A model generated the notes under the pieces. It did not search any database. It saw nothing but the letters and a program-made list of their open reading frames with translations, and was not told where the DNA came from. A stretch of 64,000 nucleotides of DNA from a virus, in IMG/VR virus record IMGVR_UViG_3300025141_010453, positions 30,013 to 94,012 of that record, one strand, 5' to 3'. Positions 9,906 to 19,842 of this stretch are shown one piece after another; the first letter of the stretch is position 1; each line of letters starts with the position of its first letter. The translations under genes were made by a program, and so were the position numbers.

Positions 9906-10671
9906 TCCAAACAAATTAAGAAAATATGTTTTAGATATGGTCTATGAAAAACAATCAGGTCATATAGGAGGTAGTTTTTCATTAGCAGAAATAATAAAAT
10001 ATCTATATGAAAATTTTAATTTAGTAGAACCAAATAAAGATAAATTAATTCTATCTAAAGGACATGCAGTACCTATCTTATATGCTGTATTATATGAATT
10101 AGGTTTAATTGACTCTCTTGAAAATTTTAGAGAGGTTGATTCTCCTTTACAAGGACATCCAGATAAGGAAAGATTATCTTTGATACATGCTACAACAGGT
10201 GCCTTAGGACAAGGGTTGAGTATAGCTATCGGACATTCTTTAGCGTGTAAAGCTAAAGAATTAGATAATAAGATTTTTTGTATATTAGGGGATGGTGAAA
10301 TACAGGAAGGACAAGTATGGGAAGCATTCATGTTAGCTCCTAAATATGAATTAGATAATTTAGTATGTTTTATAGATTATAATAAAGCACAGAATGATGG
10401 TTATGTAAAAGATATCTTAGATATGGGAGACCTACAGTCAAAAATTAAAGCCTTTGGTTGGGAAACATATATTATAGATGGTCATAGTCTAAAGGATATA
10501 GATTATCTATTATCATCATTGAAAAACCGTAAAAAACCAATTTGTGTAATTTTAGATACTATAAAAGGTAAAGGGGTTTCATTTATGGAAGACCCGGAAT
10601 GGCATGCAAAAGCCCCCAACGAAGAAGAATATAATAATGCATTAAAAGAATTAGGATATGAAAGCGACTAG
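9895..10671 (+). CDS. Transketolase, N-terminal (TPP-binding) subunit
   Basis: GHIGGSFS, LSKGHA, LQGHP, GALGQG, GDGEIQEG, KGKGVSFME. Confidence 0.92.
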   Translation: MKINPNKLRKYVLDMVYEKQSGHIGGSFSLAEIIKYLYENFNLVEPNKDKLILSKGHAVPILYAVLYELGLIDSLENFREVDSPLQGHPDKERLSLIHATTGALGQGLSIAIGHSLACKAKELDNKIFCILGDGEIQEGQVWEAFMLAPKYELDNLVCFIDYNKAQNDGYVKDILDMGDLQSKIKAFGWETYIIDGHSLKDIDYLLSSLKNRKKPICVILDTIKGKGVSFMEDPEWHAKAPNEEEYNNALKELGYESD

Positions 10672-11566
10672 AGATGGGTTTGGTGAACAATTAGTTTTAT
10701 CTGCAAAAGATAACGAAAATATTATAGGTCTTAGTGCTGACCTAGGAAAAGCAACCAAAATAAATCAATTTGGAGCGGTTTATCCAGAGAGACTATATGA
10801 AATGGGTATCGCGGAAAATAATATGATTGGGGTTGCGTCCGGACTTTCAGAATATGGGTATAAAGTATTCTTAGCGTCATTCGCATCCTTCTTAACTGGT
10901 AAATATGATACTATTAGATGTTCTATAGCGTACTCAAATGTACCATGTATCATAGTAGGGACACATTGTGGTATGGCTATAGGAAGAGATGGGGTAACCC
11001 AAATGGGGTTAGAAGACTTAAGTTTAATGAGGTCTTTACCAGGAATGGTAGTGTTAAATCCATCTACATATAACCAAACTAAGTCAATTGTAAAATATTT
11101 GTGTGATAGTGAATTAAAAAACCCACATTATTTAAGACTAGGAAGACAACCAGTTGATGAGTATTATTCAGAAGATGTTGAATTCACTCCAGGTAAAGGA
11201 ATTGTAGTAAGAGAAGGAAGAAAGGCCGTAGTATTCTCTACAGGTTGTGTATTACCTGATGTATTAGCAGCAACAGTAGATTTAGATATAGCAGTTATTG
11301 ATATGCCGACTATCAAACCTTTAGATAAAAAAATAATAGAAAAATACGGTGATAAACATATTTTTACAGTAGAAGACCATTCAATAATCGGAGGTTTGGG
11401 TTCGAGTGTAGCGGAAGTCATAGCAGAAGAAGGATTAAAAGGAAAATTACATAGAATTGGTGTTAATGATATATTTCCAGAATCTGGATTACCAATAGAT
11501 TTATATAACAAATATGGCTTAAGTTCTAATAAGATTAAAAAAAGAATATTAAGTGAATTGGGTTAA
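10658..11566 (+). CDS. Transketolase, C-terminal subunit
   Basis: SADL, MGIAENNM, DGVTQ, YLRLGR, TIKPLD, EDHSIIGGLGS. Confidence 0.92.
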   Translation: MKATRDGFGEQLVLSAKDNENIIGLSADLGKATKINQFGAVYPERLYEMGIAENNMIGVASGLSEYGYKVFLASFASFLTGKYDTIRCSIAYSNVPCIIVGTHCGMAIGRDGVTQMGLEDLSLMRSLPGMVVLNPSTYNQTKSIVKYLCDSELKNPHYLRLGRQPVDEYYSEDVEFTPGKGIVVREGRKAVVFSTGCVLPDVLAATVDLDIAVIDMPTIKPLDKKIIEKYGDKHIFTVEDHSIIGGLGSSVAEVIAEEGLKGKLHRIGVNDIFPESGLPIDLYNKYGLSSNKIKKRILSELG

Positions 11567-12203
11567 TAAAGATACCGAACTATATTGTTCCTTCGCAAAA
11601 AAAGCAGGCAATACAGGATGCCAAATGATGAACTCTGCTTTTTATTATCATAAATTAAATAAAATTTATAAATCATTCTCAGTTGATTCCGTAGGAGAAG
11701 CTATAAATGCGGTTAAAACTTTAGATATAAAAGGTTTTGCTATTACTATGCCATATAAAAAAGAGGTGCTAGAATTTGTAGATGATATGGAAGAATGTGT
11801 AAATTATATAGGAGCAGCAAATACAGTAATAAATACTGATGGTCATTTACATGCATATAATACAGATTATTTAGCAGCAAAGGATTTTTTGAAAGACTAT
11901 AATGAAAAGGTTTTCTTTAAGAATCCATATATTCTAGGAGATGGTGGGTACGCCGCTGCAGTTAAAGCAGCATTTAGACATCATAGTATAGAACCTACAA
12001 TAATTACTAGAAAAAACTGGAAGGATATTAAGGATATAGAAGATGGTTTAATATATAATTGTACTCCATCTCAAAATTGGCCAAGAAATAAATCAAATAC
12101 ACTAATAGATTGTCAAGTAAATACAATAACAGGACATAAATTAGCTAAAATACAAGCAAGTCATCAATACAAACTGTATACCAATTTAGAATTTCCTTTT
12201 TAA
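11553..12203 (+). CDS. Shikimate dehydrogenase-like protein (SdhL subclass)
   Basis: NKDTEL..S, IYKSF, TMPYK, NTV.N..G.L.AYNTDY, matching my recollection of the HI0607/SdhL subfamily. Confidence 0.75.
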   Translation: MNWVNKDTELYCSFAKKAGNTGCQMMNSAFYYHKLNKIYKSFSVDSVGEAINAVKTLDIKGFAITMPYKKEVLEFVDDMEECVNYIGAANTVINTDGHLHAYNTDYLAAKDFLKDYNEKVFFKNPYILGDGGYAAAVKAAFRHHSIEPTIITRKNWKDIKDIEDGLIYNCTPSQNWPRNKSNTLIDCQVNTITGHKLAKIQASHQYKLYTNLEFPF

Positions 12204-12205
12204 TT

Positions 12206-12574
12206 ATGAAAAAAAATCCAAGACCAAAAACAATATTTTGTGATATAGATGGGACATTAGTTAAACAGAATGGTAATCTATCTAAACAATTAAAAACCCC
12301 AATGGAGTTATTGCCTGGTACAATAGATAGGTTAACGGATTGGGATAGGAAGGGATATAATATAATTTTAACTACGGGACGAAGAGAGTGTATGAGAAAA
12401 ATGACTGAAGAACAATTGGCTGCCCTTGGAATTTTCTATGACCTATTAATTATGGGTCTTGGTGGGGGAGAAAGAGTTTTAATCAATGATAAAAAACCAA
12501 ATTCTGATGATGAAACAGCATTCGCATTTTCACTAAAAAGAAATCTTGGTCTTGAATTCTTAAAAAACATTTAG
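12206..12574 (+). CDS. HAD-family phosphatase (capsule-cluster type)
   Basis: DIDGTL, TTGR, INDK. Confidence 0.8.
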   Translation: MKKNPRPKTIFCDIDGTLVKQNGNLSKQLKTPMELLPGTIDRLTDWDRKGYNIILTTGRRECMRKMTEEQLAALGIFYDLLIMGLGGGERVLINDKKPNSDDETAFAFSLKRNLGLEFLKNI

Positions 12575-12579
12575 TCTTT

Positions 12580-13230
12580 GTGATTAATTTAGAAAATATA
12601 ACATTAGTATGCATAACATCTATTAAGATTGATAGGGCAATTAAAGCATTAAAATATAGTTATAGAGGTATTAATTTCGGTGAGGTTTTATTATTTACTG
12701 ATAAAGAAGTAAGTCTGCCTCCTGACATAAAAACCATAAATATAGCTCCATTAGATTTAGTAGGGTATAGTCATTTTATTGTTTATGAATTACATAAGTA
12801 TATTAATACTGATTATGTGATTATAATTCAAGATGATGGATTTATAGTTAATCCTGAAAAATGGGATAATAAATTTTTAGAATATGATTATATTGGTGCT
12901 CCTTGGGCGTTACCTCACGATAATTTTTCATTTAGGGACCCTTTTGGGAATATAATTAGGGTAGGTAATGGTGGATTTAGTCTTAGGAGTAAAAAATTAC
13001 TTTCATTAGCTACCGAATTAGGGTTAGAATGGAAACCTTATTTTGGTTACTATAATGAAGATGGTTTTTTTACTTGTCACAATAAACATATATATGAAAA
13101 TAATGGTTGTGTTTTTGCTACCTTAGATATAGCTAAATATTTTTCTCATGAAAATATGATACCAGAAGTAGATGGTATAGTGCCTTTTGGATTTCATGGG
13201 AAAACACATAAATATTCCAATTTAATATGA
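12580..13230 (+). CDS. DUF5672 family putative glycosyltransferase
   Basis: IQDDG, YDYIGAPW, VGNGGFSLRS, NED, FGFH. Confidence 0.8.
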   Translation: MINLENITLVCITSIKIDRAIKALKYSYRGINFGEVLLFTDKEVSLPPDIKTINIAPLDLVGYSHFIVYELHKYINTDYVIIIQDDGFIVNPEKWDNKFLEYDYIGAPWALPHDNFSFRDPFGNIIRVGNGGFSLRSKKLLSLATELGLEWKPYFGYYNEDGFFTCHNKHIYENNGCVFATLDIAKYFSHENMIPEVDGIVPFGFHGKTHKYSNLI

Positions 13231-13982
13231 TAACATTAAGTACAATAATATGGGAAAAGAATTTTGATGATATTTTGTCTCCTGATTCTTGGTTTTTCAA
13301 ATTTAGCTCAGATTTAATAACAACTAAATTATTAATAATTAGTAATGTTCCTTCGGTAGATAAAACATTAAAAAAAATAGCTACCTTACATCAACACCAT
13401 AAATTCGATGTAGTATGGGTTAAAGACATAGTAGACGAAGTAAAAAATACATATAATTTATCTATGGATGAAAGTACTGTTGGTTACCACTATACTATAC
13501 CTTTTTTTGTAACACTAGAGAGTACTAATACCAAATTCTTACTTTGTATTGCAAATGATTGTATGGATGATATATTTGTAGATGATTATTTCTTAAAACA
13601 ATCTATAGAAGAATTAGAAACCAATCCTTTATGTTTTACTACCGGAGTTGCATGGAATAAAAATAATGCCTCTGTACCTTTTAATAATAAAACTGTAGGG
13701 GAACATGAGGAAGATGAATTATTAAAAACACATAAAATAGATACTATGTCCACTAACTTTACTTATTCATTAGGTTTTTCAGACCAGTTTTGGTTAGGAG
13801 CAACCGATGCCTTAAAATCTATTGACTATCATCTAGCTGAATCTTACTCTTCTACATACCACGGACCCACTTACGGTGGTAATTCTTTTGAAAAAAGATT
13901 AGTTGCTCACCATAATTTCAAGAAGGTATATAGATGTATATGTAAAGGTAATCAATATTATATACATGATAAAATAATATAA
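13227..13982 (+). CDS. Hypothetical protein, possible GT-A fold
   Basis: Long ORF with 4-nt overlap in the operon; FSDQ.W.G motif; no firm family call. Confidence 0.45.
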   Translation: MITLSTIIWEKNFDDILSPDSWFFKFSSDLITTKLLIISNVPSVDKTLKKIATLHQHHKFDVVWVKDIVDEVKNTYNLSMDESTVGYHYTIPFFVTLESTNTKFLLCIANDCMDDIFVDDYFLKQSIEELETNPLCFTTGVAWNKNNASVPFNNKTVGEHEEDELLKTHKIDTMSTNFTYSLGFSDQFWLGATDALKSIDYHLAESYSSTYHGPTYGGNSFEKRLVAHHNFKKVYRCICKGNQYYIHDKII

Positions 13983-13984
13983 TT

Positions 13985-14710
13985 ATGAATAAAGAAATTG
14001 TAATTGCAGCATATGATAAAGATTTATCTTGGTTATCTACAATCGATGATAATATAAAAAAAACTATATATCGAAAAGGAAATTATAAACTAAATGATGG
14101 TGAAATTAAGTTAGCTAACGTTGGTCGAGATGTTCATACTTTTTTTAATCATTTATATTTAAACTACGATAATTTATCAGATATAACTTTTTTTGTTCAA
14201 GATTATCCTTTCGACCATTGGGAAGATTTGATAGACGTAATAAATAATGATACTTGGGTTGAACAATGTGCCATAAATATAGGTGGTTATTATGGGTTTC
14301 ATTTTAATACTAACCAACCGAACACCCCTATAAATCTTAAGATGAGTGATGGTTCACCTACACAAATTACTGTAGGTATGATGTGGGGCCTATCACCATC
14401 ACAGCAATTTGATTCTGGTAATGTGTTGGTTTGTAATAGAGATGGCACCCCTCAAGATACTAGATTTTTAAATTCCATGAATCTAGATGATTCGTGGAAT
14501 ATGTTTTTCAATGGGACCCCACCCACTTATTATGAATTTGTACCTGGAGGGCATTTTGGTGTCACACAAGAACAGGTACATTTAAGAGATAAAGAATTTT
14601 ATAAAAAAATAATAGATATTCTAGAAACTGACATTAATTCACCTTGGGTTATAGAACGTCTTGAATGTTATTTATTTAACCCACAATTTATAGAGTATGA
14701 TAACAACTAA
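13985..14710 (+). CDS. DUF3431 family protein (glycosyltransferase-like)
   Basis: IVIAAY..DLSW, NVGRD.HT..H...NYDNL.D.T.F.Q, F.V....V, LE. Confidence 0.75.
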   Translation: MNKEIVIAAYDKDLSWLSTIDDNIKKTIYRKGNYKLNDGEIKLANVGRDVHTFFNHLYLNYDNLSDITFFVQDYPFDHWEDLIDVINNDTWVEQCAINIGGYYGFHFNTNQPNTPINLKMSDGSPTQITVGMMWGLSPSQQFDSGNVLVCNRDGTPQDTRFLNSMNLDDSWNMFFNGTPPTYYEFVPGGHFGVTQEQVHLRDKEFYKKIIDILETDINSPWVIERLECYLFNPQFIEYDNN

Positions 14711-15608
14711 TTTAACTGGTAATCTAGGAAATCATATGTGGCAATATGCTGTATGTCGAACTATTGCAGAAAAGCTAGAGTATGACTGGGGAATAAATCC
14801 TATTCCTAGTCATGATTATTTCAACGGTAGTAACCAAATGGCATTTATGGATGTAGATTTTGGTAAAGAAATTAATGGTATAGTTAATGAATATCATGAG
14901 CCCTGGAAAACTTTAAATCATATAGATATGGTAAATATAACAATGTTAAACCCTACATTATATGAAATAACAGATAATACTATTATGTTAGGGGATAATG
15001 GAGCTAAGGGAGGTATATACCAATCTGAAGATTACGTCTTAGATAGGAAAGACGATATTAAAAAATGGTTTACTATTAATTCTACCCATAAAACTAAATA
15101 TGATGAGAAATTAAAGGAATTAGGCGTGACTTTAGATGATAATACCTGTATTATTAATTTTAGAGGAGGAGAATACCGAGGTATCCCTAATGTGCTACTT
15201 AGAAGAGAGTATTGGAGGGACTCTATAAATCATATGATTGGGTTAAACCCTAATATGAAATTTTTGGTTATTACTGATGACCCTACTACGGCTTCACAAT
15301 TCATGCCTTTTGAAATTAGGTGTATTCATGTGGATGTAGGTTTTGATTATTATTGTGTTAATCAAGCAAAATGGTTAATTATCTCTAACTCTACTTTTGG
15401 TTGGTGGTGTGCTTGGTTAAACGAGGGATGTATAAAAATTATAGCTCCTAAGTATTGGGCGAGACATAATATTAGTGATGGTTATTGGGCAACAGGTGAC
15501 GCTTACACCTCATGTTTTAAGTATATGGATAGAGAAGGTAATTTATCTGATTTTGAGACATGTAAATCCGAAGCATTAAATTATTATAAATTAAAAAATA
15601 TTATTTAA
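14697..15608 (+). CDS. Glycosyltransferase family 11 (alpha-1,2-fucosyltransferase-like), divergent
   Basis: GNLGNHMWQYA, YQSE.Y, NFRGGEY, ISNSTFGWW. Confidence 0.8.
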   Translation: MITTNLTGNLGNHMWQYAVCRTIAEKLEYDWGINPIPSHDYFNGSNQMAFMDVDFGKEINGIVNEYHEPWKTLNHIDMVNITMLNPTLYEITDNTIMLGDNGAKGGIYQSEDYVLDRKDDIKKWFTINSTHKTKYDEKLKELGVTLDDNTCIINFRGGEYRGIPNVLLRREYWRDSINHMIGLNPNMKFLVITDDPTTASQFMPFEIRCIHVDVGFDYYCVNQAKWLIISNSTFGWWCAWLNEGCIKIIAPKYWARHNISDGYWATGDAYTSCFKYMDREGNLSDFETCKSEALNYYKLKNII

Positions 15609-15609
15609 C

Positions 15610-16473
15610 ATGGGAAAAATATACGATTGTTTTAACTTCTTTAATGAACTAGACCTTTTAGAAATGAGATTAAATATTCTATATGATTATGTAGATTATT
15701 TCGTGATAGTAGAGTCTACAGTGACCCACTCGGGACAACCTAAACCTTTTTATTTAGAAGAAAATAAAGAAAGATTTGCTAAATTTGCAGACAAAATTAT
15801 AAGTTACAAAGTAAGTGACACACCTAATGATTTTATGAATTTACCTAATACAGGATTTTTTGATTCTGAATTAGATAAAATCCAGGGATATATTCGTACA
15901 CAAACCAATAGATTTAATAGGGCTACTCAGATAGATTACGGTAGAGATTTCTTCCAAAAAGAATCAGTTAGAAGAGCATTAGTAAATTGTGATGATAACG
16001 ATATCATTATTATTTCAGATGCTGATGAAATTCCTAACCCAGAAATACTAAAAGAACTAGATACTCTTGCCTTAGAAAACACTATATATTCTTTAGAACA
16101 ACCAATGTATTATTATTATTTAAATGTGTTAAAAGATAACAACTGGTGTGGTTCCAAATTAGGATTATATAAAAATATAAAAAAATTATCTTTCAATGAA
16201 ATTAGAGGAGATGAATCATTAACAACCAAACTAGTTAATGGTGGGTGGCATTTTAGTTTTATGGGTGGTGAAGAGATGGTAAGAACAAAAATAACTTCTT
16301 ATTCTGCAAGAGATTTAGCAAATGAACATGTATTAGCAAATATTAAAACAAATATAGAGAATGACCAAGACGTATTTTTTAGAGGTGCATTAACAAAAGT
16401 AGATATAGATGAGAGCTATCCTACACACATTCTAAATAACTTAGACAAGTATAGTAAAATGATTAAAAAATAA
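15610..16473 (+). CDS. Glycosyltransferase family 17 (beta-1,4-GlcNAc transferase-like)
   Basis: YDCF.FFNELDLLE.RL, VD.FVIVES..THSG..K, SDADEIP, GGWHFSF. Confidence 0.85.
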   Translation: MGKIYDCFNFFNELDLLEMRLNILYDYVDYFVIVESTVTHSGQPKPFYLEENKERFAKFADKIISYKVSDTPNDFMNLPNTGFFDSELDKIQGYIRTQTNRFNRATQIDYGRDFFQKESVRRALVNCDDNDIIIISDADEIPNPEILKELDTLALENTIYSLEQPMYYYYLNVLKDNNWCGSKLGLYKNIKKLSFNEIRGDESLTTKLVNGGWHFSFMGGEEMVRTKITSYSARDLANEHVLANIKTNIENDQDVFFRGALTKVDIDESYPTHILNNLDKYSKMIKK

Positions 16474-16479
16474 AATATT

Positions 16480-17262
16480 GTGATAATTTCTAAAATACTA
16501 GGAGGCCTAGGGAACCAAATGTTTCAATATGCATACGCTAGAAATCTATCAATAGTAAATGGTACTAATTTCTATTTAGATACCACATTTTATAATAACC
16601 AAACAGGGGTCACACCTAGAGAATTTACTTTATCTAAATTTCCTAATATTACTATGAACTTAGATATCCCCCAATCTTTACCTTCTTTAACAACAATAAC
16701 AGATAATTTTATATATGACCCAAATAATATCCCCACAGAAAATTCTTTACTAAGTGGGTATTGGCAAAGCGAGAAATACTTTAAACCATCTAAAGATGTT
16801 ATAATTCAGGATTTTTCACTAGATTCTATAACACACAAAAAATTAACCACAAAATACCCAAAAATTAATGGTAATAATATATCATTACATATTAGAAGAG
16901 GGGATTATCTACACCAAACTGATTTTCACCCAGTACAGAGTATAGATTACTATAAAAAAGCTTTAGATATATTAGGTGACTATGACAATATTTTTGTGTT
17001 TTCGGATGATATACCGTGGTGTAAGGATAATCTTACTTTTAATAATATGGTATTTGTAGAAGGTAATGTAGATATTGAGGATTTGTGGTTGATGTCTTTA
17101 TGTGAGAAAAATATAATCGTTAACTCCTCTTTCAGTTGGTGGGGTGCTTACTTAAATACTTCTGAAAATAAGATGGTGGTCACGCCTAGTCAATGGTTTG
17201 GTCCTCGTGCTGGTTTAAGCGCGAATGATATCATACCGGATGAATGGCATAAAATTAATTAA
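16480..17262 (+). CDS. Glycosyltransferase family 11 (alpha-1,2-fucosyltransferase-like)
   Basis: GGLGNQMFQYA, GYWQSEKYF, HIRRGDY, NSSFSWW. Confidence 0.92.
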   Translation: MIISKILGGLGNQMFQYAYARNLSIVNGTNFYLDTTFYNNQTGVTPREFTLSKFPNITMNLDIPQSLPSLTTITDNFIYDPNNIPTENSLLSGYWQSEKYFKPSKDVIIQDFSLDSITHKKLTTKYPKINGNNISLHIRRGDYLHQTDFHPVQSIDYYKKALDILGDYDNIFVFSDDIPWCKDNLTFNNMVFVEGNVDIEDLWLMSLCEKNIIVNSSFSWWGAYLNTSENKMVVTPSQWFGPRAGLSANDIIPDEWHKIN

Positions 17263-17273
17263 AAAAATAAATT

Positions 17274-17519
17274 ATGAATTTTAAAAAACTTAAAGAACTA
17301 ACTATACAATACCCAAATAATCAAGAATTGGCTGAGGTAATAAGAAATATGGTACGAGATGAAGAAGAAACTGTACTTAATACAGATTCTCCTTATATTT
17401 ACGAAAGGAATCCTGATACTGGAGAAATTTTTAGAAGAAAGTGTGGTGATTATGATTCCCCTAGGGAGTGTATCAATCCAGAAATAAACTCAGTACCATA
17501 TATAAAATATGAAAAATAA
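17274..17519 (+). CDS. Hypothetical protein
   Basis: 81-aa ORF filling the gap in the operon. Confidence 0.55.
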   Translation: MNFKKLKELTIQYPNNQELAEVIRNMVRDEEETVLNTDSPYIYERNPDTGEIFRRKCGDYDSPRECINPEINSVPYIKYEK

Positions 17520-18510
17520 AAGAATTATAGTACTAGGTGCGGGTGGTTTTATCGGGGGCCACCTATGTAATAAATTACAAAAAGAAGGCCATTGGGTTAG
17601 AGGTGTAGACATTAAAAGACATGAGTACTTTGATAAAGTAGGTGATGAATTTATTTTAGGTGACTTAACTGACCCTAAAGTTGTGGAGTTGGTAATCGAA
17701 GAAAATATAGATGAGGTATATCAGTTGGCAGCAGATATGGGGGGTGCTGGTTATATTTTTACTGGAGAAAATGATGCAAATGTTATGCATAATTCTGCTT
17801 TAATAAATTTAAATGTGGCTTATGAGAGTGTGAAAAAGAGTGTTGGGAAGGTGTTCTACTCTTCTTCAGCGTGTATATACCCAGAATATAACCAACTAGA
17901 CCCAACTAACCCTAACTGTAGTGAAGATTCGGCTTATCCAGCTAATCCTGATTCTGAGTACGGCTGGGAGAAGTTATTTAGTGAAAGACTGTACCTCTCT
18001 TTTATGAGAAATCATGGTTTAAATATTAGAATAGCCAGATTCCATAATATATTTGGGCCACAAGGTGCATGGACCAATGGGAAAGAAAAAGCCCCTGCAG
18101 CAATGTGTAGAAAAGTTTCTGACGCTCAAGAAGGAGACAGTATAGAAGTGTGGGGTGATGGTTTACAAACACGTTCTTTTCTTTATATAGATGAATGTCT
18201 GGAAGCAGTGGATAGACTTATGAGGTCAGACTTTAGTGAACCTGTTAATATTGGTTCTGAAGAAATGATAAATATAAATGACTTTGCTCAATTGGTTATT
18301 AATATGTCTGGTAAAAATCTATCAATAAACAATATTTACGGACAAGAATTCATTAATAAGTATGGATTTGCGTGCCCACAAGGAGTAAGAGGTAGAAATT
18401 CTGACAACACATTTTATTACGAAAAAATTGGGTGGCGCGTATCTAGACCTTTAAATGAAGGAATGGAACAAACATACAAGTGGATTAATTCTGTAAATAA
18501 AAAAGTTTAA
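17509..18510 (+). CDS. GDP-mannose 3,5-epimerase-like SDR
   Basis: GAGGFIG, LAADMGG.G.I, SSSACIYP, YGWEK, RFHNIFGP, EKAPAAMCRK, VRGRNSDN. Confidence 0.85.
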   Translation: MKNKRIIVLGAGGFIGGHLCNKLQKEGHWVRGVDIKRHEYFDKVGDEFILGDLTDPKVVELVIEENIDEVYQLAADMGGAGYIFTGENDANVMHNSALINLNVAYESVKKSVGKVFYSSSACIYPEYNQLDPTNPNCSEDSAYPANPDSEYGWEKLFSERLYLSFMRNHGLNIRIARFHNIFGPQGAWTNGKEKAPAAMCRKVSDAQEGDSIEVWGDGLQTRSFLYIDECLEAVDRLMRSDFSEPVNIGSEEMININDFAQLVINMSGKNLSINNIYGQEFINKYGFACPQGVRGRNSDNTFYYEKIGWRVSRPLNEGMEQTYKWINSVNKKV

Positions 18511-19257
18511 ATGGGAAAGAGGAGTAAAAAGTTAAGTAGAGAAGAGCAAGCGGAAGTAGAAGAGTGGATTTATCAAAATAACACTGAAGAAACTAGAATG
18601 ACGGACACTATGACTATTCGTGTTAAGTGTAAAACAGAAAATCAGAAATCGTTAGTTAACGCAATTAAAGAAAAAGAAGTTATCATATGTTCAGGTCCGG
18701 CTGGTACCGGTAAAACATTTCTTGCTTGTGCAGAAGCATTAAAATTAATTAAACGGTTCGCTAAATATAGAAAAATTGTAATAGTAAAATCGGTAACAAC
18801 ACTCAAAAACGAAGAAATTGGTTTTTTAAAAGGAAATTTACGTGAAAAAATGGAACCTTTTATGTTTTCTTTTGTACACAACTTTGAGAAGTTAGTTGGG
18901 CAGGCTATAACATCTAGATTAAGAGAGTTAAAAACTATCGAGGAAATACCTATAGCGTATATGCGAGGAATTAATTTAGATAGGTCAATAATCATTGTGG
19001 ATGAAGCACAAAATATATCTCAAGAAAATATGAGAACTATAATGACGCGATTAGGAAAAGATTCAAAAATGATATTTTTAGGAGATGAAAGACAACAAGA
19101 TTCTAAAGGTAAAAATGGGTTGACCTTTTTGATGAACCACTTTGCTGATATAGAAGAAATAGGCTGTATACAATTTACCAAGGCAGATGTTGTAAGAAAC
19201 CCTTTAATAGCGAAGATAGAAAGAGTATTTGATTCTTTACAAAAAGTAAAACAATAA
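18511..19257 (+). CDS. phoH: PhoH family ATPase
   Basis: GPAGTGKT, IGFLKG...EKM, AYMRG, DEAQN, TRLG, GD..Q.D, DVVR. Confidence 0.93.
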   Translation: MGKRSKKLSREEQAEVEEWIYQNNTEETRMTDTMTIRVKCKTENQKSLVNAIKEKEVIICSGPAGTGKTFLACAEALKLIKRFAKYRKIVIVKSVTTLKNEEIGFLKGNLREKMEPFMFSFVHNFEKLVGQAITSRLRELKTIEEIPIAYMRGINLDRSIIIVDEAQNISQENMRTIMTRLGKDSKMIFLGDERQQDSKGKNGLTFLMNHFADIEEIGCIQFTKADVVRNPLIAKIERVFDSLQKVKQ

Positions 19258-19269
19258 TTAAATTTAGAT

Positions 19270-19842
19270 ATGGTAATTAGTATAAGTATAAATGGTGTTA
19301 TAAGAGATGTATTATCTAGGTTTGAGCATGTGTATGAAAAATATAATGGTAAAGAGGTACTTTCTCCAGTTATAACCCCTAATTTAATGGAATACGTGGA
19401 ATTTAAGGATGCTGAGGAATTATTAGAATTTTTATATGATGAAGCACCTATGGAAATATTTGGGCAGGCTAAAGAAATAGAAAATAATATAATTTCTTAC
19501 CTTGGGGAACTTTACAAAGAAATGCCTAATAACTATATATTAAAAATAGTTAGTGACGACTTTGGAAAAGCGAAACCTGCAACCTTCTGGTTTTTAGCTA
19601 AATATGGGGTTGTATGTGATGAAATTATTTTCTACACCACAAAAACTATAAATACCCTTTGGGAAAACACTGATATCTTTATAACATCAGATAGTGATAT
19701 TATAAAGTCTAAACCAAAAGATAAAAAATTGATAATCGTAGATAAATGTTATAATGAAAATATGGTTAGTGATTTGAGAATAAAAAGTATAAAAGAAATA
19801 AAATCATTTGAGGATGCCTATAAAGAAAGTATTGTCGTCTAG
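19270..19842 (+). CDS. HAD / 5'(3')-deoxyribonucleotidase-like protein with degenerate motif I
   Basis: ISINGVIRD in place of DxDGV; T..FL.KY; YN near the C-terminus. Confidence 0.5.
   Translation: MVISISINGVIRDVLSRFEHVYEKYNGKEVLSPVITPNLMEYVEFKDAEELLEFLYDEAPMEIFGQAKEIENNIISYLGELYKEMPNNYILKIVSDDFGKAKPATFWFLAKYGVVCDEIIFYTTKTINTLWENTDIFITSDSDIIKSKPKDKKLIIVDKCYNENMVSDLRIKSIKEIKSFEDAYKESIVV

Noticed and set aside
1-18510. Bacterial O-antigen/capsule locus next to a prophage
   Set aside because: No wzx/wzy/ABC genes, integrase or att site seen; the genes run without a break into phoH and the phage sigma gene. A chimeric assembly cannot be fully excluded without reads
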